64,000 bases of DNA, from the NCBI GenBank assembly GCA_964603945.1, contig CAZRWP010000001.1, forward strand, positions 184,547-248,546, written 5' to 3'. A program made the position numbers and the translations under genes. Within the stretch, counting starts at the first letter, position 1. The number at the start of each line of letters is the position of its first letter. The DNA is from an uncultured Pseudomonadales bacterium (GTDB lineage: Bacteria > Patescibacteriota > Microgenomatia > UBA1400 > UBA1396). The notes below the pieces were generated by a model. That model saw only the letters and a list, made by a program, of their open reading frames with translations, did no database searches and was not told the DNA's origin. Below are positions 41,776 through 50,700 of the stretch, piece by piece.

Positions 41776-43413
41776 TTACATCATGCCCATGCCGCCCATG
41801 TCAGGCATGCCGCCGCCGGCTCCGCCGGCTGGCTTGTCTTCCTTGACATCGGTAATCAGCACTCGGGTGGTTAAAATCCCACCGGCCACAGAGGCCGCAT
41901 TAATTAAGGCGTGTTTAGCCACCTTCTTAGGATCGATCACTCCCATGGCAATCATGTCGCCAAACTCCAGAGTCAATGAGTTAAAACCATAGTTGGTCTT
42001 TTTAGACTCGGCAATCTTGCCGGCTACCCAACCGCCATCTTCACCAGAGTTGTCAGCCAAAACGCGAACCGGCATTTCCAGGGCGTCCTTGACTAAACGG
42101 ATGCCGGCTTTTTCGTCCGGGTCATCAGCGGTAACTTTAGCCAAAACCTGGCTGGCGTGCAGATAAGCAATACCGCCACCTGGGATTACACCCTCTTCAA
42201 TAGCCGCTCGCGTGGCTTCCTTGGCGTCCTTGACGCGTTCTTGAAGTTCCTTCAGTTCAACTTCCGTGGCGGCACCGACTTTAATCACGGCCACACCGGA
42301 GCTGAGTTTAGCCTTGCGTTCCTGCAGTTTCTCGATATCGAATTCAGAAGTTGAGCTCTTAATCTGAGCTTCCAGCTGAGCCACACGGCCATCAATATCA
42401 GTTTTACTACCCTTTCCGCCGATTAAACGGGTACTGTCTTTGGTTGAGTGAACACTGTCAGCGCGGCCAAGATCCTCAACTTCGACACTAGCTAATGTGC
42501 GTCCAGCCTCAGAGCTGATAACCGTACCGCCGGTTAAAACGGCGATATCTTCCAACATGGCCTTACGGCGATCGCCAAAACCTGGGGCTTTGACCGCTAA
42601 GACATTAAATACACCTCGAAGCTTGTTAACCACCAGGGTCGCCATGGCTTCGCCATCAATATCATCGGCAATTATGACTAAATTCTTGCTAACCTTCATG
42701 AATTTCTCCAGGAAAGGCAGTAGCTCTTGCATATTAGTGATTTTTTGATCGGTAATCAGAAGGTAAGCATCCTCAATGACAGCTTCCATGTGCTCCGTAT
42801 CGGTAACAAAGTAAGGTGAGGCGTAACCCTTGTCAAACTCCATCCCTTCGGTGTGCTCAATGGTGATGTCCATGGTGCGGCCTTCTTCGACCTCAACAAT
42901 ACCATCAGAACCAACCAGTTTGATAGCTTCAGCAATTTTCTGACCAATCCGTTCATCCTGAGCGGAAATCGTGGCCACTTTAACCCAATCCTCTTCCTTA
43001 ACCGGAGTGGCCATCTTGTCGAGCTCAGTCAATACAGCCTGAACAGCTTTGTCGACACCCTTGCGCAACATGATGGGATTAGCCCCAGCGGTAATATTTC
43101 GCATTCCCTTAACTACCAACTGCTGTGCGAGCAGAGTGGCCGTCGTGGTGCCGTCACCGGCAATATCATTAGTCTTGGAAGCGGCTTCCTTAACCAGCTG
43201 AGCACCCATGTTTTCTAATGAATCTTCTAAAGTAACTTCTTTGGCGACCGAGACACCGTCATGCAAAACCACGGGCGGTCCAAAAGATTTGTCGACCGCG
43301 ACATTACTGGCGCGCGGACCATAGGTTGCGACTACCGCCGCGGCAAGTTTGTTTACACCCTCTTGTAGTTTTTCTCGGGCAATGTGATCGAATACGATTT
43401 GTTTAGCTGGCAT
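41776..43413 (-). CDS. groL: chaperonin GroEL
   Basis: AGDGTTTAT, KAPGFGDRRK, C-terminal GGM repeats. Confidence 0.99.
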   Translation of the reverse strand: MPAKQIVFDHIAREKLQEGVNKLAAAVVATYGPRASNVAVDKSFGPPVVLHDGVSVAKEVTLEDSLENMGAQLVKEAASKTNDIAGDGTTTATLLAQQLVVKGMRNITAGANPIMLRKGVDKAVQAVLTELDKMATPVKEEDWVKVATISAQDERIGQKIAEAIKLVGSDGIVEVEEGRTMDITIEHTEGMEFDKGYASPYFVTDTEHMEAVIEDAYLLITDQKITNMQELLPFLEKFMKVSKNLVIIADDIDGEAMATLVVNKLRGVFNVLAVKAPGFGDRRKAMLEDIAVLTGGTVISSEAGRTLASVEVEDLGRADSVHSTKDSTRLIGGKGSKTDIDGRVAQLEAQIKSSTSEFDIEKLQERKAKLSSGVAVIKVGAATEVELKELQERVKDAKEATRAAIEEGVIPGGGIAYLHASQVLAKVTADDPDEKAGIRLVKDALEMPVRVLADNSGEDGGWVAGKIAESKKTNYGFNSLTLEFGDMIAMGVIDPKKVAKHALINAASVAGGILTTRVLITDVKEDKPAGGAGGGMPDMGGMGMM

Positions 43414-43489
43414 ATTTCTCCTCTATTATTGGTTACTTTTATTTTTTGTTTCTTTTATTTTCATTTTATTTTCAGAAATTAATAAATTT

Positions 43490-43795
43490 TTACTTAAGTG
43501 TCGCCATCAGATCCTCATATTTGAGAATTTTGATTTCTTTATCGCCCACTTTGATTTCGTTACCGCCCCATTTGCTGTGGAGGACTTTGTCACCGACTTT
43601 GACCGGACATTTAACCTCAACGCCTTTTTCATTAACGTAACTGGCTGAAATTGCCACAACCGTACCCATTTGCGGTTTTTCTTCGTTAGTTTGGGGGAGG
43701 AAGATACCGGACTCGGTTTGGTGCTGAACTTCAACTGGCTCAACTACCACATAACCAGCTAACGGTTTAATATCGCTTACCTTAAGCGTTGCCAT
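43490..43795 (-). CDS. groS: co-chaperonin GroES
   Basis: IKPLAGYVVV, TESGIFLP, VKVGDKV. Confidence 0.97.
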   Translation of the reverse strand: MATLKVSDIKPLAGYVVVEPVEVQHQTESGIFLPQTNEEKPQMGTVVAISASYVNEKGVEVKCPVKVGDKVLHSKWGGNEIKVGDKEIKILKYEDLMATLK

Positions 43796-43820
43796 ATCTG
43801 ACTCCTTCTTTGTGAATTTT

Positions 43821-43874
43821 TTAACACTCAGTTAGGTTTAGCGCTAATATAGCGAGACTGCTAATTTTTTGCAA
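43821..43874 (-). promoter_or_regulatory. groESL promoter overlapped by CIRCE-like (HrcA) operators
   Basis: TTGCAA-N17-TATATT; TTAGCAGTC-N9-TAGCGCTAA (43838-43864, minus) and TTAACACTC-N9-TAGCGCTAA (43821-43847, plus) versus the CIRCE consensus TTAGCACTC-N9-GAGTGCTAA. Confidence 0.75.
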
Positions 43875-43991
43875 GGGCTGATTGCGTCCCAGAGTAAAAG
43901 TTATGGGATGGATGACTGGTTTCGGAATCTGGCAAGCTAATAAATAGTCATGACTTGGCCAGTAAAAATGGTTATTTTAAATCAATTAATT

Positions 43992-44333
43992 TTATCGGAA
44001 ATTACGAACTCTATTCAAAAACAACTCGTTATTTAAATCGATACCGGCTAGAAAAGCTATTAGCTCACCATAAAAAGAATCCATTAACTTGAGATAATCC
44101 TTGTCCTCAGAGCTATAATTGACAACTTGATCTTTAACTAACTCCGCCAACACTCTAAGATTTGCAATCATTTGTAATGCCTCTTCTTCTTTTAAGGACT
44201 TCATTTCGTTTGAAATTAAATAGAAACTACTTATATTTAAATCTTTCCACTCTCTTTGTCTACCTGTGACAATTCTATACGCATCATTAATATCAGTATT
44301 CTCACTAATAGTAGCTTCCACTTTTCTAGTCAT
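43992..44333 (-). CDS. hypothetical protein (AT-rich)
   Basis: 113-aa ORF with an AAGGAG Shine-Dalgarno and a TACAAT box upstream. Confidence 0.65.
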   Translation of the reverse strand: MTRKVEATISENTDINDAYRIVTGRQREWKDLNISSFYLISNEMKSLKEEEALQMIANLRVLAELVKDQVVNYSSEDKDYLKLMDSFYGELIAFLAGIDLNNELFLNRVRNFR

Positions 44334-44432
44334 TTTGTCTCCTTTGATCTGAATTGTAGCAGTTATATTATTTGATAAAGGCTTACAAAATCTTACCCAA
44401 ATTTAATAAACATTATTTAAGCTTGAATTTTT

Positions 44433-44828
44433 ATGAAGGAAGACGAGCCAATTTCAGTGAAAAATATAGCTGAGACCGAAACGCCTCAACCATTAAGCGC
44501 GGAACAAGTCTCCTTACTGGAATCAGTCCGCCATTTAATATCTGAGAGATATCGAAGGCTTTCTCCGGAAAGGCAATATGTCTTTAGCGCGATCGCTTTG
44601 TGGATGTACCTCAGCATCTGGCTTCAACCCGAGAATTTGCCCGATGATGTTCAACCAATGATCTCCACGCTTAACCAAATGCCTACGGCTAAATTATCTT
44701 GGTTGATGGGAAGTTTGATCTCTTTTGCCGGCACAGCTGACGGCGCCAGACGAATCGTCATAGATCAACTGCCTTTTTATAAGGCATACATCAACGCGTT
44801 TGTGTTCAGAAGAAGATTTCTGGAATGA
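44433..44828 (+). CDS. hypothetical protein
   Basis: 131-aa ORF with an ATG start and two moderately hydrophobic segments. Confidence 0.6.
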   Translation: MKEDEPISVKNIAETETPQPLSAEQVSLLESVRHLISERYRRLSPERQYVFSAIALWMYLSIWLQPENLPDDVQPMISTLNQMPTAKLSWLMGSLISFAGTADGARRIVIDQLPFYKAYINAFVFRRRFLE

Positions 44829-44884
44829 AACAACCTCATTATAGGCATTTCATATTTTGAATTTATTTTTATGAGTTGCCAATT

Positions 44885-44970
44885 CACGGGCGGGATTCGC
44901 ACTGCTGAGGCGTGAACGCCTCGCAGTATTAACCAGGTGCGCCTACGGCGTGCACCAGGTAGCAAACCAG
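44885..44970 (-). other. duplicated tRNA-Cys 3' end fused to a double hairpin (att-like remnant or structured RNA)
   Basis: CACGGGCGGGATTCG at 44885-44899 is identical to 45035-45049; adjacent hairpins ACTGC-T-GAGGCG/CGCCTC-GCAGT and GGTGC-GCC/GGC-GT-GCACC. Confidence 0.6.
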
Positions 44971-45001
44971 ACAGGCTCTTATCATTACCCGATTCATATT
45001 G

Positions 45002-45024
45002 TTAAATCTGCGATGCAGATTTAA
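45002..45024 (-). terminator. hairpin just downstream of tRNA-Cys
   Basis: TTAAATCTGC-GAT-GCAGATTTAA. Confidence 0.5.
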
Positions 45025-45031
45025 TAATATG

Positions 45032-45106
45032 AGCCACGGGCGGGATTCGAACCCGCGAATCCGAGGTTTTGCAGACCTGGCCGTTAGACCGCTTCGGTAC
45101 CGTGGC
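45032..45106 (-). tRNA. tRNA-Cys (GCA)
   Basis: Acceptor stem GCCACGG/CCGTGGC, anticodon loop CTGCAAA, T-arm GCGGG-TTCGAAT-CCCGC, U73; CCA not encoded. Confidence 0.95.
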
Positions 45107-45229
45107 AAAAAAGCTTGTTTGCGTGGCTGGATTATAACGGAGTTTTACCTTAAAAAGAAATTAGAAAGCGGTGTTAAACTGAAAGGAAACTTTTTGACGG
45201 GTGACATTTTCCAGAAACTCGGTACAGTC

Positions 45230-45307
45230 ATGACTATTAGCATTTTTCTTCTCGCCATCGTCACCTTGCTTTTCCTGATTTACTTCAAACTAGATAATAA
45301 AAAGTAG
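45230..45307 (+). CDS. candidate 25-aa single-TM microprotein
   Basis: MTISIFLLAIVTLLFLIYFKLDNKK*; TGtTAAACT extended -10 near 45172. Confidence 0.35.
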   Translation: MTISIFLLAIVTLLFLIYFKLDNKK

Positions 45308-45322
45308 TGATTAAATTTACGG

Positions 45323-46549
45323 CTATTTCTGCTTTAAAATATTGCTCTCAATACTGGCGAATAAGCTAGCGCGCTGGGAGTGGTGCGTTTGAGCAATTTC
45401 TACCAGTCGATCAATTAGATTTTCATAGGGTAAACCGCTAGCTTCCCAAAGATAATAAGCCATTGAGCCAGGCGGAGAATTCACCTCTCCGACCCAAAAT
45501 TCTTCCGTACTGGGATTGGCGAAGAAATCAATTCGGGCAACGCCAAAACCATCTATGAGCTTCCAGATAAAGCAGGCGGCGTCCTGCAGGGCAGACTGCA
45601 AATCAGGCGAAATTGGAGCCGGAATGCGACGCAACAAACCCGCCATGCCTTGACTGCCTTTGCCTCCGGATTCATCTGCATTGTCTAAATCACCCGATTT
45701 ACTCTTGCCAATGCCGCGTTCATATTTGTCGGCGTAACTTAGAAATTCGTCCAATTGGATTGGCTGTTCGCTGATCGAGGCCTCACAATCATCAGCTGTG
45801 CCCAGCACCGCAATATTAACCTCAATGGCATCTGGAGGAGCCGCCTCTTCAACCACGATCCGGGTATCAAATTGCGCGGCCGAAGCTACGGCGCCGGCCA
45901 GTTTGTCAGGCGTAGTAATCCTGGTAATGCCGACACTGGAACCCAAACTAGCTGGTTTTACAAATAATGGATACTCTAAGTGGCTGATGTGGTGCTCGAC
46001 TTCTGCCTGGCCTTTCTCCCAATCAGCAGTAGTAAACCAACCGTAGTTAGTAACATTCAGTCCGGCCGCTTCCATAACTTGCTTGGTGATTATCTTATCG
46101 ATGCCGACGGCCGCGGCGACCACCCCTGGCCCCACGTAGGGAATGTTTAGCAGTTCAAATAAGCCAGCCAGCGTACCGTCCTCGCCGCGGCCGCCATGCA
46201 CACAAAAAATCGCAGTGTCAATTAAAGAGTGAAGCTGTAGAGCGTCAGATTGACCAGGCGAGACTTGTTTAGACAGGGCTTGTTCGGACAGGGCTTGAGC
46301 AGGATAAGGTGTGGCCGTGACCAACTGACGATCTTCACCAGCCGGATCTTGCAGATCTAAATTCTGAAAAGTTTTAATATTTGTTAAGGACTCACCAGTC
46401 CACCAGCGCCCTTGCTTATCGATATATAGTGGTACAACTTGATATTGATTGCTGACGCGATTCATTAGCTGAGTTGCCGTAATAATTGACACCTCATGCT
46501 CGACTGATTGAGAGCCAAAAACGACTCCGATTTTAGTAGGTTTAGCCAT
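45323..46549 (-). CDS. ddl: D-alanine--D-alanine ligase
   Basis: FGSQSVEHEVS, HGGRGEDG, PLFVKPASLGSSVG, ARIDFF, EVNSPPG; ATG at 46549 preceded by TGcTATACT. Confidence 0.95.
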   Translation of the reverse strand: MAKPTKIGVVFGSQSVEHEVSIITATQLMNRVSNQYQVVPLYIDKQGRWWTGESLTNIKTFQNLDLQDPAGEDRQLVTATPYPAQALSEQALSKQVSPGQSDALQLHSLIDTAIFCVHGGRGEDGTLAGLFELLNIPYVGPGVVAAAVGIDKIITKQVMEAAGLNVTNYGWFTTADWEKGQAEVEHHISHLEYPLFVKPASLGSSVGITRITTPDKLAGAVASAAQFDTRIVVEEAAPPDAIEVNIAVLGTADDCEASISEQPIQLDEFLSYADKYERGIGKSKSGDLDNADESGGKGSQGMAGLLRRIPAPISPDLQSALQDAACFIWKLIDGFGVARIDFFANPSTEEFWVGEVNSPPGSMAYYLWEASGLPYENLIDRLVEIAQTHHSQRASLFASIESNILKQK

Positions 46550-46592
46550 GTGGATAAAGTATAGCAGAGGGTGATGCTTCAAAAAGGATCAA

Positions 46593-46690
46593 CAATTGTA
46601 AGCCTCACTTACACTGAGTGCACCTCAAGGAAGCCTCACCCAGGTGAGGCTTCCTTGAGGAAGAGTGCGTGTAAGTAAGGCTTACAATTG
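46593..46690. repeat. 98-bp nested palindrome (sister of the 88-bp element) at the left edge of the island
   Basis: 22-bp outer arms (21/22 match) and 18-bp perfect inner arms CCTCAAGGAAGCCTCACC/GGTGAGGCTTCCTTGAGG. Confidence 0.85.
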
Positions 46691-46718
46691 CCAATTCCAA
46701 TCTTCCAGGTAGAAGATC

Positions 46719-47207
46719 TTTGATTGAGTCAGCTACGAGTGGTTTCTGGAAATCCTGTTTGACCGCGTCAGCCACGAACGGTTCCTGCAACTCCTGAGTG
46801 ACCCCCAAACCCAGGTGCACGCGCTGGAAGAATCCCATAACAACTACGGCGAATATCTGTTTGTGACACTCAGCCGTCCGAGCGGCAAGCAGCGTGTGTT
46901 TCTGACTTTTTACGGCCTGGGGTACCACGAGTATCGCGAGCGCTGGGTCTATGAGGACTGGTACTGGTACGAATCAGTGCGGGGCGCGGGTATGGAGCAT
47001 CGGCGCGTGCCGCGCAACGCCGCCAGACAGCAGATTGACGAGCGGTACCGGGAGTGCCAGGCAAGCGCTGACCGCGATACCCAGACCAACCGGGGACGCA
47101 TCTTCGAGCTCCTGGCCGACCTGACAGATGAAGACGGCGCCTACACGGAGATGGAAGACTTGCCTTATTGGTTGCTGGATGACGATGAGGAAGGCGACGT
47201 GAGATAA
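46719..47207 (+). pseudogene. 5'-truncated GC-rich hypothetical gene
   Basis: Frame is open from FDRVSHERF (46758) without a convincing start and is preceded by a decayed, stop-containing copy of the same 13 codons. Confidence 0.6.
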
Positions 47208-47209
47208 GT

Positions 47210-47629
47210 ATGAGCAAGGAAGACACGCCGCTCCAGATGGATATGTTCTCCGGGAAGCTGGTGGACAACCGGACGCGCCAGCAAAAGCGGCAAGACAAGA
47301 CGCGGGAGCAGCCCAAGCAAATCGAGATGTTTTCCCAGCGGGAGATTGCCCAGTTTGGGGTCAATCCAAATCCACTCATGCCGCTCTCACCCAACACCAA
47401 GCTGCTGCTGATTCCCGAAGACCCGCGCACCGAGGAGGAAATCGAGCAGGACAGGCAGCAAGAGGCCGAAAAACGGACGGCGCGGATGTTTGCTGAGCCG
47501 CCGCCCGCACAGGAGACCAAGTCACCGGAGACTATTAATGCCAAACTCGTGCCGGACACCACCGCGCTCGCCCTTGTGCCCAGGGGCGTTGTCGCGGTCG
47601 TCGTTTACGGCTTTTTCTCGCAGATTTAG
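47210..47629 (+). CDS. hypothetical protein (GC-rich, mobile-element type)
   Basis: ATG 2 nt after the upstream stop; QMDMFSG/QIEMFS motifs; G/C-ending codons. Confidence 0.75.
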   Translation: MSKEDTPLQMDMFSGKLVDNRTRQQKRQDKTREQPKQIEMFSQREIAQFGVNPNPLMPLSPNTKLLLIPEDPRTEEEIEQDRQQEAEKRTARMFAEPPPAQETKSPETINAKLVPDTTALALVPRGVVAVVVYGFFSQI

Positions 47630-47720
47630 CCGTTATAATGGCCTTAGCGTGCTTGCTCCACTACCGGTCATCAGCGTTTCTCATCGAAACCGAAGGTACA
47701 GACTCCCACAAAGCTGGACA

Positions 47721-50700
47721 ATGAACCGGCGGGGCAAGTACGCCAGATTGCCGCTTCTCATTGGCGCGTTACTCCTTCTGACGCTCATTCCGTTTGCTCT
47801 CTTTCGCGGCTCCCAAGCTCCGGAAGCGGAAGCGGCGTGGTGGGACAACTCCTGGCGCTATCGCAAACCCATCCAGGTCACCAACAACACGACTCAGCAA
47901 ACCAACGTCTACATCACCCTCACTCTAGACACCTCAGATACCACCAAGTTCCAGGACGATTGCGGTGACCTGCGCTTCACCAAGCAAAATGGGCAAGTGT
48001 TGCCGTACTACATCGCTAGTGGCTGCGGTACAGCGTCCACTAGCGTACATGTTCAGCTTGATACGTTCCCGGCTGGAGCGCAGACGCTTTATGCCTACTA
48101 CGGGAATCCGTCAGCGCCAAATGGATTTGCTAATAACGACTTCCTGATGGAAGCCACCAACTACACCGTAGGTGGAACCGGAAGTGAGGAAATCGCTCCT
48201 GGTCCAGTTGCTTACTGGAAGTTTGATGAGGGAAGCGGGAGTACCGCGCATGATTCGGCGGGGAGTAATAACGGTAACATCAACGGCGCAACGTGGGTGA
48301 GTGAAGATCAATGTATAGATGGCAAGTGCTTAAATTTTGATGGATTGGACGACTCTGTATCGGCAACCAATCCTTCAAACTTTTGCACACTTCCTTCAAT
48401 AAGCTACGTTGCTTGGGTAAACAGCGACCTTGCTACCCAAAACAACTCTTCTGGAATCATCGTGAATCGACAGTTCAAGCTGACAGCGGGATCGGATTAT
48501 TCCTCTCGTATCTACCTTGAAGACGGTAGCGATGCCACTGTCTTAAAGCAAGTCTCAACGGGGATTCCACTCAATCAAAATGAATGGGATTTTGTGGCAA
48601 CCACTTTTGATCTCGCCGAGGGAAAAATCCACATCTATCTCAACGGCAACTTGATGGCATCAGAATCATTTGATTCCGCCGGACTGACTCTCAATGATGA
48701 TTACTGCACAGCATTGGTCTTGGGAAATGATTACGATAGTAGTAATCGTAAATTTGACGGATACCTTGACGAAGTCAAAATCTTCCCCTACGCCCTGACC
48801 GAAGATGAAATCAAAGCCGAGTACAACCTTGGGGCAGCCGCGGTGATCGGTACCGGGCCAGCGGCTCCGCCGCCATTGGGTGGCAACCTCGATGACTCGC
48901 TGGTGGCTCACTGGGCATTTGACGAACAATCAGGCCAGACCGCGCACGACAAGGTAGGCACCAATCACGGCACCTTGGGCGCGGACACCAATCCGGGGAG
49001 CGATGACCCGACCTGGAAGTCTGTGAGTGAGTGTAAGGTGAATGGGTGTTTGGGGTTTGATGGTACGAACAACTTTATCACCAACTCAAGTCCCGAGAAC
49101 TTGCCAACTGGATCTCAAGCCACTTGGACGTGGTGGTCAAAATCAAGTGCAACGGGATGGAGTGCAAACGCGCTTCTTGGAGACAATAGGTCTCTATGGT
49201 CGATTAGGCAATCGAGTAATTATCTTTATCTAGGGCTAGGAGGAGAAGAGTCTGGCGCAACAGCATCTTTCTCGACGGATGTTAACTGGAGTCATTATGC
49301 TATCACCTTTAATTCTGGTAGCGCTTCTTTCTTCAAGAATGGTGAGATGATCGGCAATTACAGCTTCGCCAACACAACAGTACCAGCGCTTAGCACTCTA
49401 TATGTTGGGAGACGATCGACTGTTGCAGCCCCTTATTTCTTTAACGGCCTCATCGACGAAGTCAAAATCTACAACACCGCCCTCACCCCTGAGCAAGTCC
49501 TCCAGGACATGAACGCCGGCGCCAGTCTCACGGTGGGCGTGGGCGCCGACGAGGCCGACGAGATCATCGACGGCGCGGGCGCTCCGCCGATTGCCGAGTG
49601 GAAGTTTGACGAGAACCAGGGCACGACCGCCTACGACACCAGCGGCAACGGTAACGACGGCACGGTTAATGGAGCGACCTGGAAATCGGGTTGTCAGCAG
49701 GGAGCGTGCTTGGAGTTTGATGGGAATAACCGTATATCTATATCAAATGATCCAATTCTATCCCCTAATCAAGTTACAGTAGGCGTATGGGCAAGACTAT
49801 CTCCTTCATTCAATAGTTGGGGTTATTTAGTTGCCAAAGAATGGGGTTATTCAGGATATGCACTTTATGTGGCTGCGGATAGAAGACCTGTATTCATAAC
49901 TAACGATGGTTCATCTCCGCAAAATATTAATTACGGAAGTACCAATTTGGAGAAAGGCAAATGGTACTATTTGGTTGGAACCTATGACGGAACCAAATCA
50001 ACGATCTACGTTGATGGAGTTTCTGAAAACGTTCAGAGTTTTGACATGGTTCAAAGCTCTTCGACGCTTTTCTTAGGTAATCATGGGGATAATACACGAG
50101 GTTTCAACGGCCAAATCGACCACATCAAAATCTACGACTACGCCCGCACGCCAGCTCAAATTGCCTACGACTACAATCGCGGTGCGCCCGTTGCTCACTG
50201 GAGGTTTGACGAGTGTGAAGGCACCGTCGCCCACGACTCATCTGGCAACGGCAATCACGGCACGATCAACATCGGCCCGTCTGGGAGCCAGAGTACGGCA
50301 GGAACGTGCCAGACTTCCGGCGCGTGGGCCAATGGGAAAGATGGGAAGTTTAATGGGAGCTTGAATTTTGATGGGACGGATGATGTGGTTAACCTTGGCA
50401 ATCCTTCGCGCATAGCAAACTTGAGCACCAATATTACTGCGGCTGTTTGGATTAAACCGACATCTGGCGGTGGAGTATTGTACCGAGGAGCAGGTTCAAA
50501 TTATAATTATTTATTGCAGATTGAGTCTAGCTCACAAATAAGACTAAGGCTTTGGGAAACATTGGGAGATGCTGGATCTGGCATCAATTATCTGGTGCCT
50601 GGACTTAACCTATTTAATTCATGGAATCACATAGCTTTTACTTATGACGGTAATAGTGTGAAAATTTTCGTTAATGCGGAATTGAAAAGCAACACACCCC

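Noticed and set aside
13437-43795. Numerous 60-160-aa antisense and alternate-frame ORFs in the ribosomal/rpo/groE cluster
   Set aside because: They are shadows of conserved genes caused by codon bias.
43992-44828. Two hypothetical genes as a tRNA-integrated island
   Set aside because: They lie outside the duplicated tRNA 3' ends and no integrase is adjacent.
44870-44970. SRP RNA or a second tRNA
   Set aside because: No SRP helix-8 motif (CAGG..GNRA..AGCA) and no cloverleaf.
44999-45229. 102-aa ORF across tRNA-Cys
   Set aside because: It is antisense to the tRNA; only the last 25 codons are plausible.
47490-47720. N-terminal 77 aa of the 1129-aa ORF
   Set aside because: It overlaps the upstream gene in another frame; a TATAAT box and the signal/TM segment support the ATG at 47721.
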